A stretch of 64,000 nucleotides of DNA from an uncultured Verrucomicrobiae bacterium (GTDB lineage Bacteria > Verrucomicrobiota > Verrucomicrobiia > Limisphaerales > JAFGQR01). Within the stretch, counting starts at the first letter, position 1. Every line of letters begins with the position of its first letter. The notes beneath the pieces are model-generated. The model had not been told where the DNA came from. It was given only the letters and a program-made list of their open reading frames with translations, and searched no databases. Below are positions 50,461 to 61,367 of this stretch, piece by piece. The position numbers and the translations under genes are program-made. Location of the stretch: NCBI GenBank assembly GCA_963788655.1, contig CAWBHS010000026.1, positions 6,262 through 70,261 of the forward strand, read 5' to 3'.

Positions 50461-50941
50461 TCACAGTTTCAATTTGTCCAACGGCTCCCAAACGGCGGAA
50501 GCCGCCTCCGTTTCCCAGTCGTTGGAAGACTCTTCCCGATGCACATCGGCCAAGCCATTGCACTGGGGACTACACAACGGATGTTGCGGAAACGCGAGGA
50601 AAATATCGTCACGGATGTAAGGCGTCAAGTCCACGCAATCGTTAATAATCGCGGCTTTTTCCTCGCCCTCCAGCTCCAAGAGGCAATTCCAATGATCTTC
50701 CTTGATCTCCTGGACAAAGGGTTTGAGACAGCGAACACACTCGCAATCCAGACACCTGCCGCAGGTGGCCGCGCACCAAAATCCCGTTTTCCGTCTTCTC
50801 CGCCTGCAGATCGTATTGCAGCGGTTGCTGGATATGAATCATTTCGTCGCGCGTGTCCCAATCCATTTCCGCGCACGACAGTTCTCCTTGCAGGCGTACG
50901 TCGTTGGTGGCGACCTGCTGAATATTGACGAGCAATGGCAT
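50461..50941 (-). CDS. yceD: YceD/DUF177 family protein (L32 operon); 1 frameshift ~50745-50770
   Basis: ORF 50642..50941 (...ILVRGHL) continues in the frame of ORF 50461..50679 as ...CLDCECVRCLKPFVQEIKEDHWNCLLELEGEE...DLTPYIRDDIFLAFPQHPLCSPQC. Confidence 0.75.
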
Positions 50942-50956
50942 AACAGTGTTTAGCGT

Positions 50957-51463
50957 TCAAGTTTTCGAACCTTCGGGAAACAACACCGAGGCGAATTGAC
51001 GCTGCAACGCACTGACCACGTGGGCCGGCACAAAGGGCGAGACATCGCCGCCCAGCCGCGCAATTTCTTTGACGATGCGCGAACTGAGAAAGGTGTATTC
51101 GTCTTTGGGCATCATGAACACCGTCTCAATCCGCTCGTTCAACTTACGGTTCAACAAGGCCAACTGAAATTCAAATTCAAAATCAGACACCGCCCGCAAG
51201 CCCCGCATCACCGCCTGCCCCCCACGATTTTCGACATAATTGATCAGCAGGCCGTCAAAATCCTCGGCGGAAACCGTCTGATAGCGGCGAATGGAGGTTT
51301 TAACCAGTTGCAGTCGTTCCATTTGGGAAAACAGCGGGCCTTTTTCCTCACTCCGGGCCACCGCGACGATGACCCGATCAAATATCTTGGCTGCGCGCCG
51401 GACCAGATCCAAATGCCCATTGGTAATTGGATCAAACGTGCCCGGATAAATGACGATGCGCAT
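50957..51463 (-). CDS. coaD: pantetheine-phosphate adenylyltransferase
   Basis: ATG 51463: MRIVIYPGTFDPITNGHLDLVRRA...; later ISSRIVKEIARLGGDV. Confidence 0.9.
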   Translation of the reverse strand: MRIVIYPGTFDPITNGHLDLVRRAAKIFDRVIVAVARSEEKGPLFSQMERLQLVKTSIRRYQTVSAEDFDGLLINYVENRGGQAVMRGLRAVSDFEFEFQLALLNRKLNERIETVFMMPKDEYTFLSSRIVKEIARLGGDVSPFVPAHVVSALQRQFASVLFPEGSKT

Positions 51464-51566
51464 AAGGAGGTGAAGCTTAGACAACTCCGCCACCAATTCC
51501 CACTGAAAATTTCAAAATCAATGGTTGCGCACTCCGGCGGATTTGCGTTAGCAATACCCGCATTCG

Positions 51567-52793
51567 ATGAGCACCCTGCGCTCAGTCCTGTTGATCAGCG
51601 TTGCCCTGGGCAGCGCCGCCTCATCTTTGGCGCAGATTGATCCTGCCCATCGCGAGCTGATTCAATTGGGTTACAATCAACCGATTACCGGGAAAGGCCC
51701 TTTGGCGGCGTACGCCTTCTATTACCTCAACAAACCCTTCACCAATCGTTACACCAATCTGACGCTCCGTTTGGCAATTGCCCCCGTGTACGTCGATTCG
51801 GAATTGGGCATCAGCCGGGCGCTCGGCCCGCACACCGACTTGGGCCTCGGATTGGCAGGCGGGGGCTTTGCCGATGGCTACAGCGAGGTCTATCGCGGCA
51901 CATACTATCAGAACCAGTCTTTCGATGGGCACGGCGGTGAAGTGGGATTAAGCATCTATCACCTGTTTAATCCCCGTGACGTCATCCCCCTTTACGCCGT
52001 GTTACGTGGAGCCGTCCACGGAACGGTTTTTGACAAAGACAATCGCACCGCCCCTGACTTCGTCCTGCCGGAAAATCAATTCATGTTCCGGGTGCGCTCC
52101 GGATTGCGCTGGGGCGGCGTGGAACCAGTGATCATGCCGGAACTCGCGATGGAATTGTCGGGATGGTACGAAGGCAGTTTCCGAATGGCGCCGGGGCGCT
52201 ACGGCTTTAATGGCGACCGGGAGTTGATTCCGGCAGCGCACAAGCTCTGGGGACGCGCACTCCTGGCATACACCCTGCCCAAACTGGAGCACAGTTTCCG
52301 TGTGTCACTTACCGGCGGGGGCAGTTTGAACGCCGATCGTTACAGTGCTTACCGGCTGGGGGGCAACCTGCCGCTGTACTCGGAATTCCCCTTGTCATTG
52401 CCCGGGTATTACTTTCAAGAGTTGAGTGCCGAATCGTTCGTGCTGCTGGGCGCCAGCTATGACATTCCCTTGGATCATCAGCATCACTGGAAATTGGGCG
52501 TGCTAGGCACCGCCGCCTATGTTAATTTTTTGGATGAGTTGGAACAGCCCCGTCACTGGAACAAAGGGGCTGGGGCCTCTCTTAGCTACCGTTCTCCCAG
52601 TGATTCCTGGCTGGTTGCCATCGCCTACGGCTACGGCTTCGACGCAATTCGTGACGATCACCACGGTGCCCATAGCATTACTTTTCTGGTTCAATTTGAT
52701 TTGGGAAGAACCCTCCGACGAATATACAATCCCAACGTCAACTTGAACCGCTCCGGTGGCCTGCAATCAATCATGCGCAACATATTTCGCTAG
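51567..52793 (+). CDS. putative outer-membrane beta-barrel protein
   Basis: Signal peptide MSTLRSVLLISVALGSAASSLAQ, then alternating aromatic/Gly-rich strands (YAFYYLN, LGASYDIPL, AIAYGYGF). Family not recognised. Confidence 0.4.
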   Translation: MSTLRSVLLISVALGSAASSLAQIDPAHRELIQLGYNQPITGKGPLAAYAFYYLNKPFTNRYTNLTLRLAIAPVYVDSELGISRALGPHTDLGLGLAGGGFADGYSEVYRGTYYQNQSFDGHGGEVGLSIYHLFNPRDVIPLYAVLRGAVHGTVFDKDNRTAPDFVLPENQFMFRVRSGLRWGGVEPVIMPELAMELSGWYEGSFRMAPGRYGFNGDRELIPAAHKLWGRALLAYTLPKLEHSFRVSLTGGGSLNADRYSAYRLGGNLPLYSEFPLSLPGYYFQELSAESFVLLGASYDIPLDHQHHWKLGVLGTAAYVNFLDELEQPRHWNKGAGASLSYRSPSDSWLVAIAYGYGFDAIRDDHHGAHSITFLVQFDLGRTLRRIYNPNVNLNRSGGLQSIMRNIFR

Positions 52794-52814
52794 GGGTCAG
52801 ACCCGAATGGTTTA

Positions 52815-55376
52815 TTATTGTGCGATGGTATGTTCTGACCCCGTTTCAAACTGGTCTTGGGTTTTGTTGTAATGCAGTTTCGTTAGGCTCAGGCTGGAGG
52901 CGGCTTCGTCCAGCAGGGCGGCAATGGATTGCTGCATGAGCAATTGTTCGTGCTCCAATATCCAGTTGGCCAGCGGCAACGTTAGCAGCAACATCCAGAT
53001 CCAGGGTTGGATGGAAGCCAGCAGGCTGATAACCAGCAGTTCGGTGCCCAGCAACATCCAAAACAGAATCTTGGCAGACAATGACCAATGAGTCTCCAAC
53101 CGACACCGCAAATTGATCCGTCCGCGGTCGAGCTGTTCGGTAACGGTTGTTAAACGAAGACGGCTCCAGCGCGGCCCAAAGATTTCCAAATCGTGGTCCG
53201 CCCAACCCGTATCGGTTTTGGTTTGCCACTGTTCTTGATCCAGTTTGGCGACCACCACGTTCAGAAAGGTGTACCGATCCACATTCCCTTTTGACCAGTA
53301 ATACAAATGCTCAAGTTGATCGCGTTTCCAGGGACTGGTCAAAGAGCCGAGACGCTTGTCCGACGGATGATGAATCGAGCGGAGGCGCAACCGTTGGCGG
53401 TAACGCGCCAGCCCGCGCTCCAGGGGTTGGAGAAAGTATAACAACGCGATCAGGGGCCGCGACCAAAAGCGGCTTTGCTTGCGGGGCAACTCCGCTTGGG
53501 CCGCGGCAACGGCGCAGACCGTCAAGGACAAGATGAGGCTGGTGATCGCCAAGGGCCACAACGGAGGAAACGCCGCCGCCAAAACCATTAAGGGCAACGT
53601 GATCAAGGCGTGGTATTCCAGAGAAGTACCCAGCATCACCGCATAAGCGGGGCGGGACGCGTAGAGCTTTTGGAAAAAGCCGCTGCCGAAGATGCCGTGG
53701 TAAATGATCGAAGGTTCCACCACGACGCCGAATTTGGACGGCGCGTAAATCCGGCCCCGCCAAATACTGCGACCCACCGAGTTGAAATATTCCGGGTGCT
53801 TGCGGGAAAGCAGCGCCTCGGCTTCGCCATAGCCGCTTTGTTGCTGCAGATAGGCGCGCACGGTGGACCGCCGGTAGTGCCACACAAACCCAGTCGGGCT
53901 AAAGCCGATCCGGTGACCGCGTTGTTGCAGGCGCCAACAGACATCAACGTCATCACCGGCTTTACGGAACGTGGGGTCGAAGCCGCCGATCTCCGCGAGC
54001 GCCCATTTATAGAAAGCCATGTTGCAGCCGGGAATGTGTTCAGCCTCGCGGTCAGAGAGCATCACGTGCGCGGGCCCGCCGGGTGATACCATGACCGCGG
54101 AAGCAACCAACGAATCGTCTGGCGGTAAGAAATTGTGGCCCCCCATGCCCACGTAATCATCTTGTTGCCAATCAGCGACCAGGTAGTACAACCAGTCTTC
54201 ATCCGCCCGGCAGTCCGAATCGGTAAACGCCACAATTTCGCCTGAGGCCGCCGCAATGCCGGCGTTCCGGGCGGCCGACAATCCGAGATTGGCCTGATGG
54301 ATACACCGTAACGCCGGAAATCGTTTCGCAATCTGCGCCGTATCATCAGTCGAGCCGTCGTCCACCAGGATGACTTCGTAATCCGGATAATTCAGGCGGA
54401 ACAGCGACTCCAGGCAGGCCAGCAACGTGCGCCCGCCGTTGTAACTGGCCACCACCACGGAAACCTTGGGTTGCCGGCGTACCGGGAAGTACGGGGCCTG
54501 CCGGTAAACTTTTTGAACGGCGCCGAACGCTGGTTTGGGTTGCCGGTCGCGCTTGGTCAAGCCAAACGCCCAGTCGTCGATCGGCACGCCTCCGCGCCAC
54601 CAGTCATCCGTGAAACTGAATACAACGGCACCGGCGACTCCGTTGCAAAAAGCGGATTCAATTTGCCACGAAAGGAAGTCGGCTTGCTGTTCTTCCCCTT
54701 GCCGCAGCGAGTCCATACCGAATTCAGCCAGTACCAGAGGTTTGGTGTCGGCGATCATCTGCAGCCGCGCCAGGTAACTCTCGAAGGCCGGGCGCTCGTG
54801 CAGATAGACGTTCATGCTGATGAAATCCACGGTTTGCGGACGCAGAAACTCCGTGGGCGGAAAACTGGTGTAGGTACAAAGCACGTCGGGATCGATGGCT
54901 TTGGCTTCATCGACCAGTTCATCGATGAAGGCCTCCACCCGGCGCACCCCGCTCCAGCGCACGATCTCGGCCGGGATTTCGTTGGCGAGGCTGAAAGCCA
55001 GGATTGCCGGGTGTCGCGCGCAAGTGCTTGCTGCCTGTCGTACCGCCGCGCGGGTTTCACGCTGCAACTTCGGCGAATCTAAAAAGCACAGGTGCTTGGG
55101 CCAGGGAACGTCAACGAGTACCTTGAGGTCAAACTCGTGCGCCAAATCCAGAAACCATTGGGGAGGGACGTAATACACGCGAACCGTGTTGGCCCCCAGC
55201 GTGCGAAGCTGCGCAAAATCCTGCCGCACCGGTTCCGTCCCAAGGAACGTCTCGTTGCGCTCATTCGGCGCAAACGGACCGTAGGTCACTCCTTTGATGT
55301 AGAACTTGCGCTGCCCGAGCCGCAAAAACTTCCCGCCCACAGTGACGCGAATCGACGATGGGGCGGTGGCGGCCAT
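52815..55376 (-). CDS. fusion of glycoside-hydrolase-like TIM barrel, family-2 glycosyltransferase and multi-TM C-terminal domain (processive polysaccharide synthase-like)
   Basis: N-terminus FYIKGVTYGPFAPNE...GANTVRVYY...FSLANEIP. GT2: VSVVVASYNGGRTL, VILVDDGSTDDT, AFTDSDCRADEDW. YLQQQSGYGEAEA resembles the Q(Q/R)xRW box. More than 4 TM helices at the C-terminus. Confidence 0.7.
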   Translation of the reverse strand: MAATAPSSIRVTVGGKFLRLGQRKFYIKGVTYGPFAPNERNETFLGTEPVRQDFAQLRTLGANTVRVYYVPPQWFLDLAHEFDLKVLVDVPWPKHLCFLDSPKLQRETRAAVRQAASTCARHPAILAFSLANEIPAEIVRWSGVRRVEAFIDELVDEAKAIDPDVLCTYTSFPPTEFLRPQTVDFISMNVYLHERPAFESYLARLQMIADTKPLVLAEFGMDSLRQGEEQQADFLSWQIESAFCNGVAGAVVFSFTDDWWRGGVPIDDWAFGLTKRDRQPKPAFGAVQKVYRQAPYFPVRRQPKVSVVVASYNGGRTLLACLESLFRLNYPDYEVILVDDGSTDDTAQIAKRFPALRCIHQANLGLSAARNAGIAAASGEIVAFTDSDCRADEDWLYYLVADWQQDDYVGMGGHNFLPPDDSLVASAVMVSPGGPAHVMLSDREAEHIPGCNMAFYKWALAEIGGFDPTFRKAGDDVDVCWRLQQRGHRIGFSPTGFVWHYRRSTVRAYLQQQSGYGEAEALLSRKHPEYFNSVGRSIWRGRIYAPSKFGVVVEPSIIYHGIFGSGFFQKLYASRPAYAVMLGTSLEYHALITLPLMVLAAAFPPLWPLAITSLILSLTVCAVAAAQAELPRKQSRFWSRPLIALLYFLQPLERGLARYRQRLRLRSIHHPSDKRLGSLTSPWKRDQLEHLYYWSKGNVDRYTFLNVVVAKLDQEQWQTKTDTGWADHDLEIFGPRWSRLRLTTVTEQLDRGRINLRCRLETHWSLSAKILFWMLLGTELLVISLLASIQPWIWMLLLTLPLANWILEHEQLLMQQSIAALLDEAASSLSLTKLHYNKTQDQFETGSEHTIAQ

Positions 55377-55377
55377 G

Positions 55378-55752
55378 TCATTCTTGTTCGGCCAGCTTGA
55401 GTGCCCTTTCGAGCGTGGTCCAGGATCGTCGTTCGAGCTCGTTACTGACGGTCCAGTGGTACTTCCAAATCAGATTGTCAGTGTCAGGTTTTTGTGGATT
55501 GACCAGCGTCAGCGTCCGTTGGAAGTCGTCGATCACTTGTTTGTTTGAAATGTTTTCCAGATCGACGATGAGCCGGTTGTATAAATGTTCGGCCTGCTTT
55601 TGATACCCTTTGGTGTACAGCAGGATAAACGCCTCCCGTAGCTCCACGTGCTTGGACTGATTGGCGTTGATTTGGTGAATCACCATCACGCTGCAAACCA
55701 CGAGGAACACCGCAAACACCAGCATTGATCGATAACGACGAACAAATCGCAT
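55378..55752 (-). CDS. small membrane-anchored hypothetical protein, co-transcribed with the GT2 fusion
   Basis: MRFVRRYRSMLVFAVFLVVCSVMVIH (signal anchor). 1-nt gap to the start of 52815..55376. Confidence 0.45.
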   Translation of the reverse strand: MRFVRRYRSMLVFAVFLVVCSVMVIHQINANQSKHVELREAFILLYTKGYQKQAEHLYNRLIVDLENISNKQVIDDFQRTLTLVNPQKPDTDNLIWKYHWTVSNELERRSWTTLERALKLAEQE

Positions 55753-56196
55753 GACATCATTGGACTGTGGCCCGCCACAACGAATTCAGAGGCCCGTTCA
55801 CTCCACTCGAAGAACGAACGCCACGGTGTTGTTGCGCCAGTGCCAGCAAGGCCCGTTGGACGAAGTCCCATGAAATAACATTTTGAAGCCGAGAATTCAA
55901 CTGCTCGGTGATTCTGCAAAGATGCTCAACCTCTAAAAAGTGTGTGCCGACAGCATGCCTTTGTTTTAACGGAACCAGAGGGAACTGAATTTGGTTATGC
56001 CGCTGATTGCTCACCGGAACCAAGCAACGGAACTGGTGTTGACGGCTGTCTTTTGTCGGGAACGAATCACCGATTGGCGCAGACGCGTCGGAATTCGTGG
56101 CTGGGTTTCGTTACCACGCGGCTCCCAAAATCCGGTCGGTGCAGCAACGCCGCCCTGCCCTGTTCTTGTCAAACCCGACTTCGTCGTCCCAAGTTT

Positions 56197-57915
56197 TCAC
56201 GCTCTACTGCGTCCACTCGAACACCAGCAATGACACGGCTTGTCGCGGAAGGCTGAAATGCAGCGATTGTCCTGCCGATTTTCCGCGCGCACAGTTTCCG
56301 GTGCGTCCAACGTTGCGAGTTGGCCGGCTTGTTCGAGACGCTCGTATTGTTCGGGGGTGGGCGCTTGGGGCGAACCCATCTTTTGCCAAAGAGCAAAGGC
56401 GTTACTGTGTTCGCCATCGATCCGAAAATGCCGGAGGCGTAGCGCGTCGGCCGGGTGAGGCAGGCCAGCGACGACCAGTTCAACCTCCGCATCCGGGCCG
56501 GGCACATCGTCATCATGATAGTGCCAGGTCATCACGCATAGGCGGTTTCTCTCGCGGGAGGCCAATGCCGAAACATCGGGCCGGTTGCGCACCCCTGATT
56601 TCAGGATGGTGGCAAGTGGCACCGCGCCGTCGCTGTCGGCGGCCACTCGTTCGCCGCTCATTTGACTGAACATGCGAAAGACGTTGAGCACGGGTTTGTC
56701 AACGCCATGGGTGGCGAGTGCGCGAAAGCCGGCAAAGAACGGTTGGTTCTCGAACTCGAACGCCCAGGTCAGCGCGCCGGCGAAGTTGACGCCGTGCCGG
56801 TCGGCCAGGTCCTGCTTGCGCGCAAAACTCGCCGCAGTGTAGCTCGAATACATGGTGCCGTTGCGATAGGCGAGTTGCGGTCCCTGACAGGCAGCGCAAC
56901 CTTCGGGATCGGATTCGCCAATGACAATGGGCGTATTCCTCAGTTCCGGATACGACGCAATCATGCCAAAGCCCTCATCGATGGTGCGCAATTGATTGGC
57001 AATGCCCATGCGCACGTGGCCGGCAAGGAAGCGCGGGGAACCTTTGGCGTGGAAGGATACAAAGTCCAGGGGCGTGCCCCGGTGGCCCGTGGCGTAGTTG
57101 GTGCCGCGCAGGCAGTGCTCAAGGAAATCCCGCATGAACTGTCCGCCGCTACCCGCCGTGTCGGGACCGCCCACGCGGGCGTTCGGTAGCGCGCGGCGCA
57201 CGGCGGCTACGGCGTAGTCGTGCAGCCTGCGAAATTCCGCCGGCGTGCCGCGCCAATAACCGATGTTCGCTTCATTCCAGGTTTCCCAATACCACGAGGC
57301 CACTTCGGCGGCACCGTAACGATCGACGCAATGCTTGGCCCACTGGTAAACCAATTCGGACCAGCGCTGGTAGTCCTTCGGCGGATAAGCCCAACCGGTA
57401 TAGATCTCGTCGTATTTGGCGCCGGGCCGCCAGTGATGTTGATACGGCTCCGGCTTGATCGAGAGATCCTTGGGCATAAAACCAATCTCGACGTACGGCC
57501 GCACACCCCGTTCCAGGTAGGTGTCGAAAATGCCATCCATCAGGACCCAGTTGTAAATCGGTTGCCCGGCTTCGTTTTCGTGGTAAACGCCGGTCGAGCC
57601 CCATTTCAGCGCGGGCGTGCCGTCGCCGGAACACAGGAGGCTATGCGCGCGAAAATAGACTTGCTGCAGCGCCAACTCGCCCAGTTCGGCGATCAGTTTG
57701 CGACCGTAAGGCATGGTGGCGTAGTTGGGTTCGTCCGCTCCAAAGAAACGCCAGATCGGTCGCAACTGCCCGAGCGAGCGGCCGGCGTCCACGCGAATGT
57801 GAACGGGAAAACTGGCAGCAGATGACGAGGCGGATTGCTCGGTGTCTGGTGCTGCCGGAATCTGCGTGCCGCCGAGCAACAGTAAGATCGAAGTTAGCGT
57901 AAACTGGGTGCGCAT
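56197..57915 (-). CDS. secreted GH39-like glycoside hydrolase (beta-xylosidase-like)
   Basis: Signal peptide MRTQFTLTSILLLLGGTQIPAAP. YVEIGFMPKDLS and WYWETWNEANIGYW (acid/base NE). C-terminal beta-sandwich. Confidence 0.6.
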   Translation of the reverse strand: MRTQFTLTSILLLLGGTQIPAAPDTEQSASSSAASFPVHIRVDAGRSLGQLRPIWRFFGADEPNYATMPYGRKLIAELGELALQQVYFRAHSLLCSGDGTPALKWGSTGVYHENEAGQPIYNWVLMDGIFDTYLERGVRPYVEIGFMPKDLSIKPEPYQHHWRPGAKYDEIYTGWAYPPKDYQRWSELVYQWAKHCVDRYGAAEVASWYWETWNEANIGYWRGTPAEFRRLHDYAVAAVRRALPNARVGGPDTAGSGGQFMRDFLEHCLRGTNYATGHRGTPLDFVSFHAKGSPRFLAGHVRMGIANQLRTIDEGFGMIASYPELRNTPIVIGESDPEGCAACQGPQLAYRNGTMYSSYTAASFARKQDLADRHGVNFAGALTWAFEFENQPFFAGFRALATHGVDKPVLNVFRMFSQMSGERVAADSDGAVPLATILKSGVRNRPDVSALASRERNRLCVMTWHYHDDDVPGPDAEVELVVAGLPHPADALRLRHFRIDGEHSNAFALWQKMGSPQAPTPEQYERLEQAGQLATLDAPETVRAENRQDNRCISAFRDKPCHCWCSSGRSRA

Positions 57916-58173
57916 TGCAGGGCACAGTATCCGCCTCCGCGCTAAGTTAGGTCAAAATGAAACGGTAATGAAACGGTAAGGTGTTCTGTGCTGAGATTCC
58001 CTTTAGATGTAGCGCAGAATTGAATTCTGCTGTATCGCTGAGTTGCACTCGGCGGGGCATGAGCAATACGGGCGGCATTGGGAAGTGTGAACGCCAGGCG
58101 GTCTGAAAGTCCGCGATCCGGAAGATTGGAAATCTGCTCTGCGCCTGACGGCGGTCTCGGCGCCGATCAAAGG

Positions 58174-58320
58174 TCGCGCCAGCGCATGGAGTGCGTCCGG
58201 CTTGCCGGCGCTTTCGAATGCGGAGGGTTTGGATGATACCCATGCAGGTTGGTTCTTTCTTTGTGACCTGCGTGAAATGAACGCGGGAGCAAGCTCCACG
58301 CACTCCAAACGCTGGCGCGA
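58174..58320. repeat. REP pair: ~38-nt imperfect inverted repeats (tcgcgccagcg.atggagtgcgt... family)
   Basis: Left arm starts at 58174, right arm is 58283-58320 (gcgggagcaagctccacgcactccaaacgctggcgcga). The same family recurs at 60823-60857 and 61042-61076. Confidence 0.7.
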
Positions 58321-58365
58321 TTCACTAGCCGCAAGCAGAAATGACGCGGTCACATAATCCGATGA

Positions 58366-60745
58366 TTACTTCGTCACCGCCGCCAGGTATCCCCAAGTAT
58401 AGGCGTTGGCGGCCATCGGGTGTTGCACGGTGAATTCGCAAACAATCGGATACCAAAATACGTCCCAGTAGGCTTCCATGACGGGCCATTGCGCGGGCGG
58501 AGGATAACAGAATGGCGCGACGACGGTTTTGATAAACAAGTCGTTTTTCGCCGTCGGATCGGCGGGGCCAAAAACTGTCAGACCTTCCGGAGGCAACTGG
58601 CCGGTGTGACGCGAATCCAGGTGCAACGGATGCCGCGGCCATCGCCGGCCAACGCCGGTGGTGTAGCAGAGGTTCAACGGATTGGCGCCCAAACCCGCCT
58701 GGCAGGCGAGTTCAATGGCGCGCAAATACTTTTCGTCCTTGGTCAGGCGATGCGCTCGAATCACACTGATCACGTCAGAGACGCTCAAGGTCGTGGTCGG
58801 CGGCGCCCAATCATTTTTGGTCCAGCCAAAACCGGTTCGGGTTTGGGTGCGCAATCGTTCCTCGGCTTCGCGGACCGTTGCCTTGCGGCAGAATTCCTGG
58901 AGATCTCGGTTTACCGCCGGCCGATGCGTGTTGAGATAGGCCCAGGCGGCTTCCCGTTGTTCGTGGCTTTGCCAGACATAAAGTTGGGCGCCGGCCTCAT
59001 TGAGATATGGTGGTCTCCAGGAAGACACGGTGCCAGCGTTCGTCCCCGGTCAAACGGAACAGTTCGGCCGCGGCATAGTTGCGCTTGTTCCGGACGTCGA
59101 TATGGTTGTCCATGCGCTCGATCTTCACCCCGCCGGTTTCGTAGGTGGCCGGTCGCGACTGGCGTTGGGCGTAGTCTTGTTCGGCCCATTCCATGGCGCG
59201 CAGGGCGCTGGTTTGATAGATCGCAGCCAGGCCGGGTTTGCCCAATGCTTTCAACACTCCGGCCGCTTTGGCCGCCACGCCGGCGTAATAGTAACTTGAC
59301 CAACTGCCCGGCGCATAAGCCATGACGGTGAGCGACTCCTGCCAACTGGTTTCCCCGAGGTTGGGATGTTCGGCGGACTCGATGCCGCCACGAATCCCGC
59401 CCGCCGGGGTTTGCAAACGTCGGTAGCAGTCGAGATTGAAGAGTGCCTCGTCCACCACGTCGGGCAGAGCGTTGGTGGATTCTGGAATGTTCAAAGACAC
59501 GCTGGTGGTGAAATCAGGAAACATGGCGCCCAAATCTAGCAAATAGAGCGAGGCGATCAGATGCTGAATGCGCCGATCCCAGTCACCGGCGTCCATATAT
59601 CCACCCCAGGCGTTGGTCACCAATTCGTCGGTCTTGCCGGCGACCAGGTTGCGGAAGTTATTAGGATCGGATCGACTCAGACCATTCCGGGTGTCCATCA
59701 GGCGTGTCGAAGAGGCATACACCTTGACGCCGTCTGCCGGATGAAACGAACGCGGACGGCGGAAGGAAGTAAACGGCGGTCCCAGGTCGATGCCACTGCG
59801 TTGGTGATAAAAACCGCGCGCGGAAGTGATGAAGGCCTCCTTCCAAACCTGGGGGCTGATGCGAAACGGATACGAGCACCCGATGCCCTCCACATAAACC
59901 TGATAAAGTCCTTGCTCCCGTACGGCGGAGAAGTCCATTTCATAAACGTTGGCCAAGGTGAAATTGCGGTGATAAGCATCTTCATCCGTTGCTTTCTTCG
60001 GCTTGGTCAAACGGCAAAGCCCGGAATAAACGCGGGTGCGGTTGCTGGCTTTGATCAGGTGGAATTGAAGGTCGGACGGATAGACAACCCCGCCGCCATC
60101 CCCCAGCCAACAGGACAGGAAAGCTCGCTTGACCGGATCGTTGGGACAAAAGCCGATTTGCGAAACGTGAATCGCTTCGCTGCGCAGTTCCATGGGCTTA
60201 TAGTCAAACGTCTGGTCGGGGATCGGGAGGCCGTTGAAGGCAACAGTGTAGCTCGCGTTTTCCTGCAAAGAATGAGGCAGTTTGAGATACAGATGATATT
60301 GCACCGGCGCTTTGAACTTCCAATCGTCGGTCCGCGCCACCCCGATTGGTTTGTGTTTGCGGCAGACGGCAACCGGATGCTGGTCCGCCTGGTAATTCGG
60401 ATCGCTGGCCGAGGTGATCCGATAGCTGTTTTGCTCGCCCAGATTTTCGGTCTCGAGCAAATCGTCGGTGAAGACATCGAAGGGGCAAAGGATATCGCGA
60501 TCATGGCCGACGAGGACTCCCAGTTCCTTGCCGTTACGAACAAGGTAGTGGTTCCGGCCGCCCTCCTGGATGACGTCACCCGTTTGTTTTCGGTAAGGTT
60601 GTTGGGTTCCGATACGGACTTCGCCGGCCCGGACGATTACCTCCAAAATGTCCGGGGCCACCAAGCCGACATGTTCCACTGTGACGGCCGCGTGCCCCAG
60701 CCAAGTGGTTAGGAAGGCCACGGAGAAGGCGATCAGGTTTTTCAT
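58366..60745 (-). CDS. GH9 endoglucanase-like glycoside hydrolase with N-terminal Ig-like domain; 1 frameshift ~59015
   Basis: ATG 60745: MKNLIAFSVAFLTTWLGHAA. GGYMDAGDWDRRIQH (GH9 DAGD box). C-terminal fragment ORF 58366..59028 has YTTGVGRRWPRHPLHLDS and GLTVFGPADP. Confidence 0.75.
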
Positions 60746-60822
60746 GAGCTGAAGTATTTCAGGCTTGGCTGCGGCTGTCGATGGGGATGAGCGGTTACTG
60801 CGGAAGGGCATACGGTTGGTCA

Positions 60823-61078
60823 CGCCAGCGTTTGGAGTGCGACCGGCTTGCCGGCGCTTTTAATATGGTTGCGGCCTTTGACTTGGCTACTTACTCACAA
60901 TTACCGTAGCGGCCGACGTAAGGAGGCGAATCCGAGATAACTGATCGTGTTCTGCTTCCTTACGTCGGCGGCTACCGCAATTCGGCTGTTGAAACCGCGT
61001 GTGAAATTTCCAGATTAAAGCTCATGCGCAACGCAACAAAAGCGGGAGCAAGCTCCCCGCACTCCAAACGCTGGCGCG
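60823..61078. repeat. nested palindromic REP composite
   Basis: Outer arms 60823-60857 / 61042-61076. Inner arms gtagcggccgacgtaaggaggcg (60906-60928) / cttccttacgtcggcggctac (60955-60975). The inner family also occurs at 27000-27022. Confidence 0.75.
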
Positions 61079-61367
61079 CTTTTTCGAGGTGCCCATTGCC
61101 AGAGACGCGGTTCGTTCAGGAACAAGCGGCCGCTGAGATTTCGGGACAGGCGAGACGCCCTGTCCTACGCGTCTTCGCATCCGCACGCCAGTTTATGCGC
61201 GGCGAGTCTGTTCCAATCCGCGGCCGGCAAGCTGGCGTAGCGTGCTGCCGGCGTCTCGCCGGCAGAAACGATTGGAGAGGGGCGTTCTGCAATTCAACAT
61301 CCGCCAATCTTTGAGAGGCTTGTGCCAATCCGCGGCCGGCAAGATGCCGGCAGCCCGTTGGGGTGGA

